Assembly (NCBI GenBank): GCA_965199695.1
Contig: OZ241372.1
Span: 3,729,782-3,793,781 of the forward strand
Length of the DNA stretch: 64,000 bases
Origin: Anaerolineae bacterium
Lineage (GTDB): Bacteria > Chloroflexota > Anaerolineae > 4572-78
Direction of reading: 5' to 3'
Shown: positions 8,584 to 19,672 of the stretch, piece by piece
Layout: each line of letters begins with the position of its first letter
How positions within the stretch are numbered: position 1 is the first letter of the stretch
Program-made: the position numbers and the translations under genes
Notes under the pieces: model-generated
Database searches by the model: none
The model's input: only the letters and a program-made list of their open reading frames with translations
What the model was told of the DNA's origin: nothing

Positions 8584-9819
8584 CTAAGGCGGTGTCCGCC
8601 CGTCAATCAGAATAAAACTGACCGCTTGGTTTTGAACCGTAACTGGATAATCAAAATTAATGCCGTCAAATGATGTTTTGATCACATAATTACCCGCTGG
8701 TACGTCGGCGAAGGTAAAGGTTTCGCCAAGTTGAGGGTCGGGCGTATAACGATGGTCTGGATAGGTGCGAGTTTGTCGCCAAAAACGGTTTGGGGAGGCG
8801 GCTTGATGGAGGGTGAGCAGTTGTTGAGGCACATAAAATCCATCTTTATCGACGACCCGTCCAGCAATCACCCCATAGCCATAATCAGGTCGGATCCAGA
8901 GATCAGGGTTTTGGGTACCTAAATAATCCAAGGCATTGTTCAAACGTATCTCTAAGTGAAGATGCGGTCCCAAGGCGACGCCTCCTTGTCCAGTGAGCGC
9001 AATCATTTGACCTGCTGAAACAATATCGCCTTCTTGAACCAAGGTTTGCGACACATGACCATAAAGCGTGTAGACGGGAAAGTTTTCTCCATTAGACAGC
9101 GTTAGACCCTCATGTTGTAAGATCACGGCTTGACCGTAAAAATTGTTATATAAACCGACAACTTGACCCAAATCATTGGCAGCAAAAACGACCAGACCAT
9201 CGCCCACAGCTAAGACGGGTGTATTTTGTGGATTTTGAATATCAATCCCGCGATGCCACAAATAAAGGCCATTATTATTTGTGCCATAAGGATATTGCCA
9301 ACTGCCCCAAGTTCGGTTGGGGTGATTATAAGGACGATTGAACCAAAAATGCGGTTCGCTTTGGGTATAATCTGGCGCATTATCAGCCCGCACTGTGCGT
9401 GGTAGGGGCGTAGCTGTTGGGGTGTGGGCTGGTGTGGGGAGTTTAACGTTGGCAAAGACTGCTGCTTTGGATAGGTCAATGTTGAGCAGTGGGGTAGGGG
9501 TTGATGTTCGGGTTGGCGTAGGTGGGATGGGGGTGTTTGTGGCTGTGTCAACCGGCGTAGAGGTCGATGTTTCAGTGGGCGTATCAGTCGGTAAAGGCGT
9601 ATAGGTAGGAGGCAGGGTCATCGTTGGCGACGGGGATGTTGTCGCCGTGGGTGTGGCTAATTCTATGACGGAGACTGCCTCTTGGTTAGATGCTTCTGGC
9701 GAGGCAGGTCCAAATATCGCTTGAAGACAACTGGCTAAACTAAGTCCTATCAGTAGATAAAGGAAAATCCATTGCTGTTTCCGACCTGTTATCGTTTGTT
9801 TTAATTTAGAATGAAACAA
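8584..9819 (-). CDS. M23 family metallopeptidase with N-terminal signal/anchor and Pro/Thr-rich linker
   Basis: M23 motifs HRGIDI and LYGH...GPHLHLE, with N-terminal hydrophobic segment and PTPT linker. TTG start. Confidence 0.85.
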   Translation of the reverse strand: MFHSKLKQTITGRKQQWIFLYLLIGLSLASCLQAIFGPASPEASNQEAVSVIELATPTATTSPSPTMTLPPTYTPLPTDTPTETSTSTPVDTATNTPIPPTPTRTSTPTPLLNIDLSKAAVFANVKLPTPAHTPTATPLPRTVRADNAPDYTQSEPHFWFNRPYNHPNRTWGSWQYPYGTNNNGLYLWHRGIDIQNPQNTPVLAVGDGLVVFAANDLGQVVGLYNNFYGQAVILQHEGLTLSNGENFPVYTLYGHVSQTLVQEGDIVSAGQMIALTGQGGVALGPHLHLEIRLNNALDYLGTQNPDLWIRPDYGYGVIAGRVVDKDGFYVPQQLLTLHQAASPNRFWRQTRTYPDHRYTPDPQLGETFTFADVPAGNYVIKTSFDGINFDYPVTVQNQAVSFILIDGRTPP

Positions 9820-9975
9820 TATATTACCTTATATTTAAGGGGTCTATTTCATGAGAGTCAGCCGTTTGCTAGTGAACTTAGAATAAACGCTTGAGTCCAG
9901 AATAAACCTTGGGATTTGGAATTTATTCTGGCATCTCTAGACTCGTTTGAAGTATATCCCTATTTGAGCATAAAA

Positions 9976-12281
9976 TTAAGGAGTCCAAACAATACGTTCC
10001 TCCAACCAGCCAAAGGAATGCTCTACATCAATCTGAGCAATCCCATCTATCGAGCCATTAAGCGAGAAGAGTTTTCTTTGCTGTTCCCCTGAGGGAGTCA
10101 TGGCCCATACGCCCCACTCACCATCTCGGTCAGCCACGAACACAAGGGTATTGCCATCTGGGGACCAAGCGGGTAGACCATCGTTGGGAACCTCAGTTGT
10201 CAGGCGCGTCAAATTTTGACCCGTCAGATCAATTTTATAAATTTCCCAATTGCCATCTCGGTCTGACATAAAAGCAAGGGTGTTGCCATCAGGGGAGACA
10301 GCAGGTGCGTTATCATTGGCCTGGGGCGTGAGTTGTTGAGGCCCACTGCCATCAAGATTGGTGATGATTAAACCACAATTATTGCTTAAGCAACCGCGAT
10401 AAACGATGCGTCCATCGGGTGTGACAGCAGGCTTTTCGCCTTGGACAGGGATTCCATCGCGGCGAATGATTTCATGGTCTGCGCCATCAGTACGATAAAC
10501 ACCTGGCGTTTCACCACCCTGACGAGAATGGAAGACAAAGAACTGTTCATCAGGTGAAAAGACAGGGCTGGCTGCTTCAAAGAATTTTACAAAGTGCCAG
10601 GCATTTGTTTCGTTGATTGCCCGCGTCATCAAGCCTCGTTGACTGGCCTGCCAAGAGCGATAAACAATGCGTTGTCCATCTTGGCTCATATCAGGTTGGC
10701 TGGCATCGGCCACAAGCAACTCTTGGTCAGTCCCATCTAAATTCGCTCGGAAGATGTCATAGGTGCCACGGGTTAGGTCATAAACCGGAAAAATGAGCTT
10801 GCCAGTCAGTGCTTGTTGACCCCGCCCTCGAAATTGGTCATGTGAGACAAAATCAGGTAAAGGCTCGACCTCACTTAAGGGTGAGCCTACTTCGTTCGTT
10901 GCGTGAGCGACAGGTTCATCTTGAGGCTCCTCACCTGTATCTGCGGTTTCAGCTGACACCTGAGTATCATTCGCTGAGGCAGATACGGTTTCTTCCTCGG
11001 ACTCAGGTAATGCTGTCGGTGTTATTTCTGGTGAGACCGCTTGGCTGGGGGTGTCGGTGGTTTGGGGATCGGATATTTCAGCTTGACGTTCAGTGCGGGT
11101 AGCGGATAGGGCTGTCGCTGTGGGAATAAAGACCACCTCTTCTTCTACTGGGGCATATAAACGAAGATTATCGAAACTGACCCAGATATTCGGGTCATCA
11201 AAACTGCTGGCGAAAAAGCCGAAGTTACCTGATTGGAAGCTATCGTCAGTCACCTGAGCTAATTTTTGTTCATTGGCGAACACGGCAATTTGTGGCCCAA
11301 AGGCATGGACAGCCAAGTGATTAGGATCTTCACCTTTGTTAATCCTGCCTGAACCTGTCCAATCGACTAAAATATGCCATTGACCCTGTTGTAATTTCGC
11401 CAAATGAAAAAAGCCATCGCTGCTGACATCAAAGCGATAATAATTATTGGTGTCAACAAAGCGGAAGATAATGCCGTAAGTATTATTGTTCCCCCCTTGA
11501 CGTTTAATGGTTTCCACTTCAATCTTGAAGTCGGCTGTATGTCGATTAGCCAAACCCCAAACAACCAAGTTATTTGTGTTGATATCGATATTATATTGAT
11601 GATTGCCATAGCGTTTGGTATAATAAGGGCCAGAGGCATCATCCCACCCACTATTCGAGTCACTGAAATCATCTTTATATTTTAGGGGTAAATCCAATGT
11701 ATTGTCTGTATGACCAGTTTCAATGAGGTCGGATTGCAAGGTGGCCTCTTCACTTTTGGTCAGAGCATTATTTCTCACCCACAGGACCAACGCGACAAAT
11801 GCGAGGATTAAAATAACGATCAAGCCACCAGCAATATAGACTAAACGCCCTATATACTCTGGCTTGGGATTGGGCTGAGAAGGGGATTGAGCCTGGTCTG
11901 GGGCAGGGGAAGAGACTTGTTGAGGTTTGTCAATGTGTTCGGCTAAGGGATCTTGAAAAACCAAGATACTTTCGCCAACTTGAAGGCTATCTCCTTGTGA
12001 GATGGGTTGTAGGGTCCCCAAAGGCATATTATTGAGTAACGTGCCATTGGCACTGCCTAAATCGGCTAAAAGCCATTCGCCATTTTCATAGCTGATTTGA
12101 CAATGATAGCGCGAGACACGAGGGTCGACCAGCACCACATCATTATCAATCTCACGGCCAATACGAGTCTTGAATTTTAAGCGGAATGTTTTGCCGACCG
12201 ACTCGCCCTGAATCATTTCTAACTTGGGCACAACTGATGGGCCAACAATCGTTGAGTCTGCTTTTTGTGCTTGATCCATAA
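9976..12281 (-). CDS. FHA domain protein with TM segment and C-terminal TolB-like (PD40) beta-propeller
   Basis: N-terminal FHA (GKTFRL...GREIDNDVVLVDPRVSRYHCQI...GSANGTLLNN), a TM helix near aa 160-185, an acidic PT-rich region and C-terminal PD40 repeats (SPDGNTLAFMSDRDGNWEIY...). ATG at 12281 is preferred over the track's TTG at 12327. Confidence 0.75.
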
Positions 12282-12401
12282 AAACTTCCCTAAAAAGAGT
12301 CGCCGAATTATAGCAGAGGGAGCGCAAGTCAGCCAGTCAGCGGGGCAGCGTTACATTGTCTTTAATTTTCCTAACTTCCAAAATGACTTCATCACCCTCT
12401 G

Positions 12402-13511
12402 TCACTTTACTGAGTCCCGTTCAATAATACCGCCGCCGAGGACGTGTTCACCCTGATAAAACACAAAGCCTTGGCCGGGGGTGATGTCGGGCAGAGGGGT
12501 TTCAAATGTAGCCTGTAGCCGTTGGTCTGGGAGGCTGGTGACGGTGGCTGGCATGGGGTGAGATTTATAGCGAATTTTGGCCTCAACTGGCGTAGGTTCA
12601 GGAAATGGGGCCCCTGAAATATAAGTGACATCGCGGGCGGTTAGGTCTGTTCGACCTAGTTCGTCTCGTGTCCCGACCACGACTTGATTATTTGCCGCTT
12701 CGAGTTGGATGACGTACATGGGCTGCGGGGCAGCGATGCCCAAGCCTTTGCGTTGCCCGATGGTATAGGCGGGTAGTCCCATGTGTTCCCCTAAGCGCTC
12801 ACCTTGGGTATTGACAATGTGGCCTGGTTGTAAAGCTTCAGGCGCATTGCGTTGCAAGAAGCCACGGTAACCGTCTTGGCCTAAAAAGCAGAGGTCTTGG
12901 CTATCGGCTTTATTAAAAACAGGCAAGTCATACCGAATTGCCATCTCTCGCACCGCTTCCTTCGTATAGTCTCCTAAAGGGAAAAAGACATGGGGCAAAT
13001 TTTTTTGGGTCAGCGTATGTAAGACATAGCTTTGGTCTTTTTTGGGATCGATGCCCCGCCAAAGTTCATAGCCCCCTTGCTCATTTTGTTTTACTTTCGC
13101 ATAGTGCCCCGTGACCAAATACTGCCCCCCCAAAGCCAAAGCTTCTTTTAATAGAAGATCAAAGCGAATTGTTTTATTGCAGGTAATACAAGGATTTGGG
13201 GTAATACCCCTGGCATAATCAGCGATGAAGTTATCGACAATAATGGCTTTAAAGATATCCTTATAATCTCGAACATAAAAAGGAATATCAAGCCTGTCGG
13301 CTACAGTTTGGGCATCGTCAATAGCATCCGGGGTACAACAACGATTGGCCGCGCCACCATCTTCAGCCCACAAACGCAGCATCAGACCAATGACATCATA
13401 GCCCTGCTCCACTAGCAAGGCTGCGGCAACAGAGCTATCAACGCCGCCACTCATTGCAACGACAACACGGGTATTATCGGGATTTGGATAGATACTTTTA
13501 GTTTGGGACAT
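12402..13511 (-). CDS. mnmA: tRNA-specific 2-thiouridylase
   Basis: PP-loop VVVAMSGGVDSSV and conserved Cys residues of MnmA/TrmU. Confidence 0.9.
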   Translation of the reverse strand: MSQTKSIYPNPDNTRVVVAMSGGVDSSVAAALLVEQGYDVIGLMLRLWAEDGGAANRCCTPDAIDDAQTVADRLDIPFYVRDYKDIFKAIIVDNFIADYARGITPNPCITCNKTIRFDLLLKEALALGGQYLVTGHYAKVKQNEQGGYELWRGIDPKKDQSYVLHTLTQKNLPHVFFPLGDYTKEAVREMAIRYDLPVFNKADSQDLCFLGQDGYRGFLQRNAPEALQPGHIVNTQGERLGEHMGLPAYTIGQRKGLGIAAPQPMYVIQLEAANNQVVVGTRDELGRTDLTARDVTYISGAPFPEPTPVEAKIRYKSHPMPATVTSLPDQRLQATFETPLPDITPGQGFVFYQGEHVLGGGIIERDSVK

Positions 13512-13647
13512 ATTGATATTATTTTAATTCAAAGTTAGACACCTAGGATGATTAGTCACAGTCTTGATAAGCCTTGATAAATTTTGATGGCGGTCACAAC
13601 TTCTGTTTTTCCTGAAAGGACAATATTGACTTCCTCTGTCATTGGCT

Positions 13648-13905
13648 TCATCGTCGCCCACGCCCTCCGCCTCTATGGCCTCCAGCTGGACCCCCTCTAT
13701 GACCGTGAAATGATCTGGCCCCATGTCTGAAAAAAGGGCCATGAAAAAAAGAGGGCCATCTGAACCTGGGCCATCCAAAAGCAGGCCACCTAAAAGGGCT
13801 ACATCCACCACCTATTGTACGTGCGGTCAAAGCAAAATAGAGTATAAAAAAGAGTATAAACATGAACGGTAAGAAAAGACATCCAAGTAAGAGAAATGAT
13901 CCCAT
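13648..13905 (-). CDS. hypothetical small membrane protein with Gly/Arg/Pro/Trp/Phe-rich repetitive tail
   Basis: Strong SD (GGAGGA, 5-nt spacer, ATG). N-terminal TM segment, then FRWPAFGWPRFRWPSFFHGPFF...GGHRGGGRGRR. DNA shows short gggccat repeats. No family recognised. Confidence 0.35.
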   Translation of the reverse strand: MGSFLLLGCLFLPFMFILFFILYFALTARTIGGGCSPFRWPAFGWPRFRWPSFFHGPFFRHGARSFHGHRGGPAGGHRGGGRGRR

Positions 13906-14307
13906 AATATCCTCCGGTCAGCTTTTGTTCGAATTTGTCAGAATAAATATTAATATGAAAAGAGTATACCTGACTTATTATGAAAAAGAAAGTCTCAGTA
14001 GGGGCATTCTTAAAGAAAGATGGTTATACGGCAAAAAGGCAGAGTGACAAAACTCTAGGTAAACATTTGTCCTAGCTGATTTTGCTACGCTGCCAGGCTG
14101 ACCTTATCCTTCTTGATGCCACAACCGCCGCATTTCCTCGCTGTTGGCTAAAAGATGATCTAATTGACCCTGGCAATAAAGGCGCAGCATTGATGGCTGT
14201 CCAGGCTAGAGCATTTAGGATATATAATTTCGGGCGGTCTTTGATTAAGCCCGCGCTCGCTTGCCAAATATTCATGAAGTTAACTCCTTTGAAAATACAG
14301 TTATGCG

Positions 14308-14364
14308 TGCTGAATGATGAGTTATGAGTTTTTTAATTCAGCACTCAGCACTCATCATTCAGCA
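14308..14364. terminator. long hairpin, likely bidirectional terminator 3' of the APH-like gene
   Basis: 14-bp perfect inverted repeat TGCTGAATGATGAG/CTCATCATTCAGCA flanked by T-rich runs on both strands. Confidence 0.45.
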
Positions 14365-14404
14365 TTCTATTTTCATACGCCGTACTGTACCATCGTGCTG
14401 AAGT

Positions 14405-15412
14405 TTACGTATCTACATCCCATAATAAACTTGCCAGATCCGCCAAAGTCGCTAAATCTGCTATCTCTGGATAGACTTTAAATGCCCCTTCTAAAACGTT
14501 GAAACGATGGAGAAGGGTAAGGGTCATGACTTTATGTGGTAATTGTTGTCGGGCTGCGTGACCAAGGTTGTAAGCTTCTAGATAAGCGGCTAAGAGACTT
14601 TTATCGCATCTGAAGAGAGCAAGATGAAGCGCAATCAGTTCATAACCCCAGTCAGCCACCATTGCGTCACCGAAGTCAATGAGACCCCGCATCTGCCAGC
14701 CTGTTTCGGTAAGTTGTCCAAAAATATGATCTGCTGTCAGGTCGGCATGAATGAGATGGGGCTGTTGTTGAGGGTCGATTAAAGCCTCTGGTACCCATAG
14801 ATAAGCCTCGATTTGGTCTAACCAATGCAGGGGCAGTAATCCTTCCTCTTGGTGAAATTGACGACAGCGAGCCTGTTGAGTCTGCAAAAAATTCAGATAA
14901 GGTTGCCAAGAAGGCTGTAAAACTCGGCCCATCGTCACGGATATTTGATGTATCTTTTTTGTCATTTGGCCCATCATTTGAGCCACCGCTATTTTATCAG
15001 CCTGTGAAACTTGTTCATAAACTTGGCCAATGCTCAGACCCGGCCAAAATTCATAAATGAGATAAGGCCAGCACCAAGTCGTAGAGTCATTGAAAAGTTG
15101 GCCTTGGTGCAGTAGCTGTGGTGCGCTGAGAACTTGGTTCTCCCTGAGCAGGCAGTTGGCTTCATATTCCGTCTCAAAAGCTAGCTGCCCGTCAAACAGT
15201 TTCCCAAAAAATTTAATGACCCATTGATCATCCACAATAAAAGTGGGATAGCTGCCTGGGACACCGATGCGAATGACTGCCTGGCTGAACCCCTCTCGCT
15301 GACAAACTGCCTCAATATATGCCTGCCAATAACGCACATCCATAAAATGTTGGCGGTAGCTATCTATATGATGGAGGCGATTGAGCGGTTTTTCATCTAA
15401 GATCCTCATCAT
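14405..15412 (-). CDS. phosphotransferase (APH/CotS-like kinase fold) family protein
   Basis: Brenner/DFG-like motifs HADLTADHIF and LIDFGDA. Start overlaps the ABC gene stop (ATGA). Confidence 0.65.
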   Translation of the reverse strand: MMRILDEKPLNRLHHIDSYRQHFMDVRYWQAYIEAVCQREGFSQAVIRIGVPGSYPTFIVDDQWVIKFFGKLFDGQLAFETEYEANCLLRENQVLSAPQLLHQGQLFNDSTTWCWPYLIYEFWPGLSIGQVYEQVSQADKIAVAQMMGQMTKKIHQISVTMGRVLQPSWQPYLNFLQTQQARCRQFHQEEGLLPLHWLDQIEAYLWVPEALIDPQQQPHLIHADLTADHIFGQLTETGWQMRGLIDFGDAMVADWGYELIALHLALFRCDKSLLAAYLEAYNLGHAARQQLPHKVMTLTLLHRFNVLEGAFKVYPEIADLATLADLASLLWDVDT

Positions 15413-17163
15413 ACCAAGGCCTGCTCCACCCCAGAGCGTAATAAATGCGAAAAGTGCGAATGGGGGTTAGCACTTAAGACGATGCGGTCTCCAAACTCTT
15501 TTAATTCACCGTCTTCCAAAATCATAATCTTATCTGCGCGTTGCACTGTGGCTAAACGGTGAGCGACAATGATAGCACTGCGTTGATATAAAAGATGGTC
15601 AATCGCTCGCTCAATCAAGTGCTCTGTGGCTGGGTCGAGGCGAGATGAGGCTTCATCCAAGATGACCAAACCTGGGTTTTTCAGAAAGACGCGGGTGAAG
15701 GCCAAGAGTTGGGCTTCCCCTGCTGAAAGACCCCCATTACCAGCCGCTAATTGGGTGTCCAAACCTTCTGATAAACCTTGATACCATTGGCTTAAACCCA
15801 AATCATGTAAGACATCTAAGATCAGACGATCGGGCAAACGATCATCAAAGAAGGTCAAATTATCACGCACTGTAGCCTGAAAGAGTTGCACTTCCTGAGT
15901 GACGATGCCCACCCGTTGACGCAAGTCGGCTAAATTGGTTTGGGTTAAGGGTGTACCCCCAAGGCGAATTTGCCCTGTTTGAGGATCATAGAGGCGGAAG
16001 AGCAAGCGGGTGATGGTGGTTTTTCCGCTGCCTGTGCGCCCTAACAACCCCAAGGTCTCGCCTGGTTTGAGCTGGAAACTAAGGGCCTTTAAAACGCGCT
16101 CTTCTGGTACATAACCAAAATTAACATCTTCAAACTCGATGTCCAGCGGCTCAGAAGGTAGCTGTCTGGCTTGGGCAGGGGGAATATCTTGGACAATGGG
16201 TTGCGTGTTCAATAATTCTTGGATTCGTTCAATGCCTGCCGTAGCCGATTGCAGGTCTTTCAATTGTCGGGTTAACGCCTCGATGGGCCAGTGTAGGATG
16301 GTGTTGTAATGGAAAATCAGATAAACTGTGCCAATGGTGAAGGCCCCTTGCTGCATTAAATAGCCGCCAAAGCCCAGGGCTAAGGCTGCTCCCAAGGCAA
16401 ATAAGAGTTCGCTGACTCCCCAACTGATTTCTCCCATGAGAAACGCTTTACGCGTGGTTAGATAGAGTTGATAAACCGCTTGCTGTAAACCTCGCATCAC
16501 ATAAGCCACCCCGCCGTTGGTCCGAATATCTTCAGTGCCCGCCAAGCGTTCTTCTAAGAAGCCAAACATTTCTGATAAAGATTGTCGCCGTGCTTTCCAA
16601 TGGGGAATAGCGATCGAGGCTGTTTGGCTCAAGAGAAAGGCACTGAAAATGGTAAAGCCTAGAAAACCAAGACCAATCCGCCAATCTTCTAAGAAAAGCA
16701 TGATCAAAACACCAACGAGCAGGACAACATTGCCCAAGATTTGGATGATGAATTGGGATAAGAAATTGGACAGCGCATTGATATCGCCATCAATGCGTTC
16801 AATCATCTTGCCTGGTGTTTGAGCATTATGAAAACTCATGTCGAGGTTCATACAATGGTTCGCTAGGTCACCCCGTAGATGGTTGGTCGCCAGCCATTTG
16901 ACATCTTCGGTCATGTAAGCCGCGCCCATCTTAACCGTTTGACTGATGAGGGTCACAATAAGAAAGATCATCGCTATTCTGAGCAAATCTTGGGTCGACC
17001 CACCCATTTGTGCTTGCTCAACAAACTCCCGTACCAATTGCGGTGTGTACAACTGTAGCCCAATCCCGCCGAAGAGTAAGAGGGTTAAGATGAAGACTTT
17101 TTGCTTCAGCGGGACAAGGTAGGTTAAGAGCAAAGTTTTATATTGTTGTAAAGGTAACTTCAT
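15409..17163 (-). CDS. ABC exporter, fused permease/ATP-binding protein
   Basis: Six-TM N-terminal half; Walker A GRTGSGKTT, signature LSAGEAQ, Walker B ILDEASS. Confidence 0.85.
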   Translation of the reverse strand: MKLPLQQYKTLLLTYLVPLKQKVFILTLLLFGGIGLQLYTPQLVREFVEQAQMGGSTQDLLRIAMIFLIVTLISQTVKMGAAYMTEDVKWLATNHLRGDLANHCMNLDMSFHNAQTPGKMIERIDGDINALSNFLSQFIIQILGNVVLLVGVLIMLFLEDWRIGLGFLGFTIFSAFLLSQTASIAIPHWKARRQSLSEMFGFLEERLAGTEDIRTNGGVAYVMRGLQQAVYQLYLTTRKAFLMGEISWGVSELLFALGAALALGFGGYLMQQGAFTIGTVYLIFHYNTILHWPIEALTRQLKDLQSATAGIERIQELLNTQPIVQDIPPAQARQLPSEPLDIEFEDVNFGYVPEERVLKALSFQLKPGETLGLLGRTGSGKTTITRLLFRLYDPQTGQIRLGGTPLTQTNLADLRQRVGIVTQEVQLFQATVRDNLTFFDDRLPDRLILDVLHDLGLSQWYQGLSEGLDTQLAAGNGGLSAGEAQLLAFTRVFLKNPGLVILDEASSRLDPATEHLIERAIDHLLYQRSAIIVAHRLATVQRADKIMILEDGELKEFGDRIVLSANPHSHFSHLLRSGVEQALV

Positions 17164-17361
17164 GGTGATCTCCTGGAAAAATTACAATTAACAATTAGCA
17201 AATTAAAAACTAACGACTAAGGACTAAAAATTAAATTAAGCACATAATAGATGGTGTTTGACCGCCTGATGTGACAATTCGTCCAACAAAAAAGCCGCAA
17301 GTATTATAAATACCCACGGCTTAACCTAGTGTTTTATTTGATGGCCCAGGGACCAAACAAT

Positions 17362-17397
17362 AAAAAAAGCCGTAGGCAGAACACTCTCGCCTACGGC
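17362..17397 (-). terminator. rho-independent terminator 3' of the ATPase gene
   Basis: GCCGTAGGC/GCCTACGGC 9-bp stem followed on the minus strand by TTTTTTT (plus-strand A-run 17362-17368). Confidence 0.6.
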
Positions 17398-17612
17398 TGA
17401 TTTCGTTTATTTTTTACTTACGAATGTTCAGGCAATAGACGCACTCATCCCCTTGAAGGTGTGTTGTTTGAGCAAAGGGTTTCTAAAAAAGTTCATGAAA
17501 TATCAATTCCTAAATGATAGATTAACACTATGGCTACAGAGTTTAACAGATGAGGCCCGAAATGTCAACCCCTAATTTTAAATTAGGATTAAAACAGCAT
17601 GATTTAAGCTGG

Positions 17613-19244
17613 CTAAGAGGTCGCCACAAAGATGGTTTCCACACGCACCCCTGTCTTTTCATCCACCGTCAACACCTCATACTTCTCTCGATTAGCCTCA
17701 TCAATCGCTTCTACAAAGAAAACAAGGGAGATTTGGCACAAGTTGAGTTGTTTGCCATAACAGGCGGCTTGGGTAATCGCTTTTTTGTAGCTGGTTTGAT
17801 TGGCATAACTTTTCACTTCCAGCCCATATCTTTGGCCAGAATAATGAATAATTAAGTCGATCTTACCATTGCCTGTTGGAAATTCAGGATAGACTTGACC
17901 GTCTTGGTGCTGTAGAAAATAGAAGAGGTACATGTAAAGATTGAAATGATAGACTGCTTCATAAATGCGTAAATCGGTGGTCCGGCGTGGAACATTTTTG
18001 AATAACCAGTCTCGATTTCGCTGGAGATACCGTTCATATAAGCGTAACATTTGTTTTATGTTTATATCTGTCTCAGTAACGATGTCACTCAAATCCTCAA
18101 AAGGGGGATGTAATTGACCGACGTATTGAAATAATTCTGAGGAGAAATAATTAAATAAACGTTTTTGAACAAAGGGGCAGGAAAATTTGAGATTCTGCTC
18201 TGCTTCATCAACCACATCTTGTTCAACAACCCCGTTCATATACAAAAAGTTCGTCTGAGGGTCATCGTAGCGGAAGGTGATTTTCTCTTGGGTTTGGAAC
18301 ATTTCTAAAATAAGCTGTCGATAAGGCTCTTGTTTCGCTTTACTGATGATGTTCACGATGTTCGCATTGGGCAGGGCGTTTACCGCTGCTGAATAAGCAA
18401 TCTCAAAATCACGGTTAGTAATAGTGGCTTGGTGTTTGTTATACGTTTCGGTCAAGAGTTCTCCTAGCCAAGAGACAAACCCTGGCTGCCCCTGTGTCTC
18501 ATAATATACATGCTCAATGACCGCCTCTTCGACCTGCTGTCCGCTCTCCCGCTCATACCATTGATACATTTCTTCAACCTCCGCAAAGGTGAGATTAGGA
18601 ATATGCAAACTTCGTTGTACATTAAAAGGCGAGCCGCTTTTGTTCTCAATACCCAACCCACTGCGTACCCCGACCAAGGCAACACCATGCAAAAGATACG
18701 TTTCTTCATCAAGGGTCTGGTACTGCCGACTAACATAGATATTTCTGAAGACATCGACAATCCCACTAATGGCCTCCTCTGCTAAGGCATCAAATTCATC
18801 TAAGATCAGAATCAAAGGTTTTTGCAAATGCCCTTTCTTAAAAATATGATGAAACTGGTCTAAGGAGCCATGTACCGCCAGGTGGGCTAAGGTAGAATGG
18901 CCATCGTCAGCCAGAAAGTTCGTTTGGACATCTGCCAAGCCAAGCCTTTGCACAATCTCGCTAGCGATGGACTGCACGATTTTATTCACATCAGGCTGAC
19001 TGCGTAGATGTTGCAAACTTAAGGCCATCGTATCAAAATGATCCTCCCGGCGTAAGCGATGCAAAGTTTGTTGCATGACCCAAGTTTTCCCCCGCTGTCG
19101 AGGAGCCCAAACGGTGATGAAATGTCCTCCCTCATCAGGATTTTCACCGAGTAATTGGACACAAGCTTGCCTGATCAGGGATTCACGAGGAACGTAGTAA
19201 TGGGAACCAGTACTGACAGGCCCATAAGATGAAAATTTACGCAT
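17613..19244 (-). CDS. ATPase_2 (Arch_ATPase-type P-loop) protein with C-terminal DUF234 / PD-(D/E)xK-like domain
   Basis: P-loop APRQRGKTWV, Walker B ILILDEFD, and C-terminal GKIDLII...GLEVKS consistent with a D..E.K nuclease-fold motif. Confidence 0.65.
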   Translation of the reverse strand: MRKFSSYGPVSTGSHYYVPRESLIRQACVQLLGENPDEGGHFITVWAPRQRGKTWVMQQTLHRLRREDHFDTMALSLQHLRSQPDVNKIVQSIASEIVQRLGLADVQTNFLADDGHSTLAHLAVHGSLDQFHHIFKKGHLQKPLILILDEFDALAEEAISGIVDVFRNIYVSRQYQTLDEETYLLHGVALVGVRSGLGIENKSGSPFNVQRSLHIPNLTFAEVEEMYQWYERESGQQVEEAVIEHVYYETQGQPGFVSWLGELLTETYNKHQATITNRDFEIAYSAAVNALPNANIVNIISKAKQEPYRQLILEMFQTQEKITFRYDDPQTNFLYMNGVVEQDVVDEAEQNLKFSCPFVQKRLFNYFSSELFQYVGQLHPPFEDLSDIVTETDINIKQMLRLYERYLQRNRDWLFKNVPRRTTDLRIYEAVYHFNLYMYLFYFLQHQDGQVYPEFPTGNGKIDLIIHYSGQRYGLEVKSYANQTSYKKAITQAACYGKQLNLCQISLVFFVEAIDEANREKYEVLTVDEKTGVRVETIFVATS

Positions 19245-19672
19245 GATTAGCTCCTTAGATAATGAAGGTCAGTCCGAATAATTATAGCCTAAATACGCTT
19301 TCGTATCCAATGTGCGGCAAAGTTCATCTTACAGCCCCCACTTCTCCCGTTCTTCCTCCATTGACATCAATTCACCCAGACCATGAACTGTATGCTCAGT
19401 CACATCAACACCGCCCCACCGCTTACAAAAAATTCGCAATATCCTGCAAATCCGCAGTTCTAAATCGTAGAACTGAACAACCCTGATCCTTTCCCTAAGC
19501 CAAATCCCCACCTCTCATCCCCACAAACTGCCTAATTCGCGCTTGGCCTGCGACGTAAAAACGGATATTGTATAAATTGACTGATGAATAACGGTAGTAG
19601 CTGGTTGAAAAATCTGTAATATGCAGGGCGTAGATATAACGAACCACGAACCACGCCCTGCGGTAAGACCTT

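Noticed and set aside
13524-13811. 95-aa minus ORF and 46-aa plus ORF (13586..13726) between mnmA and the small membrane ORF
   Set aside because: No RBS or recognisable features. They overlap each other and the better-supported 13648..13905 ORF.
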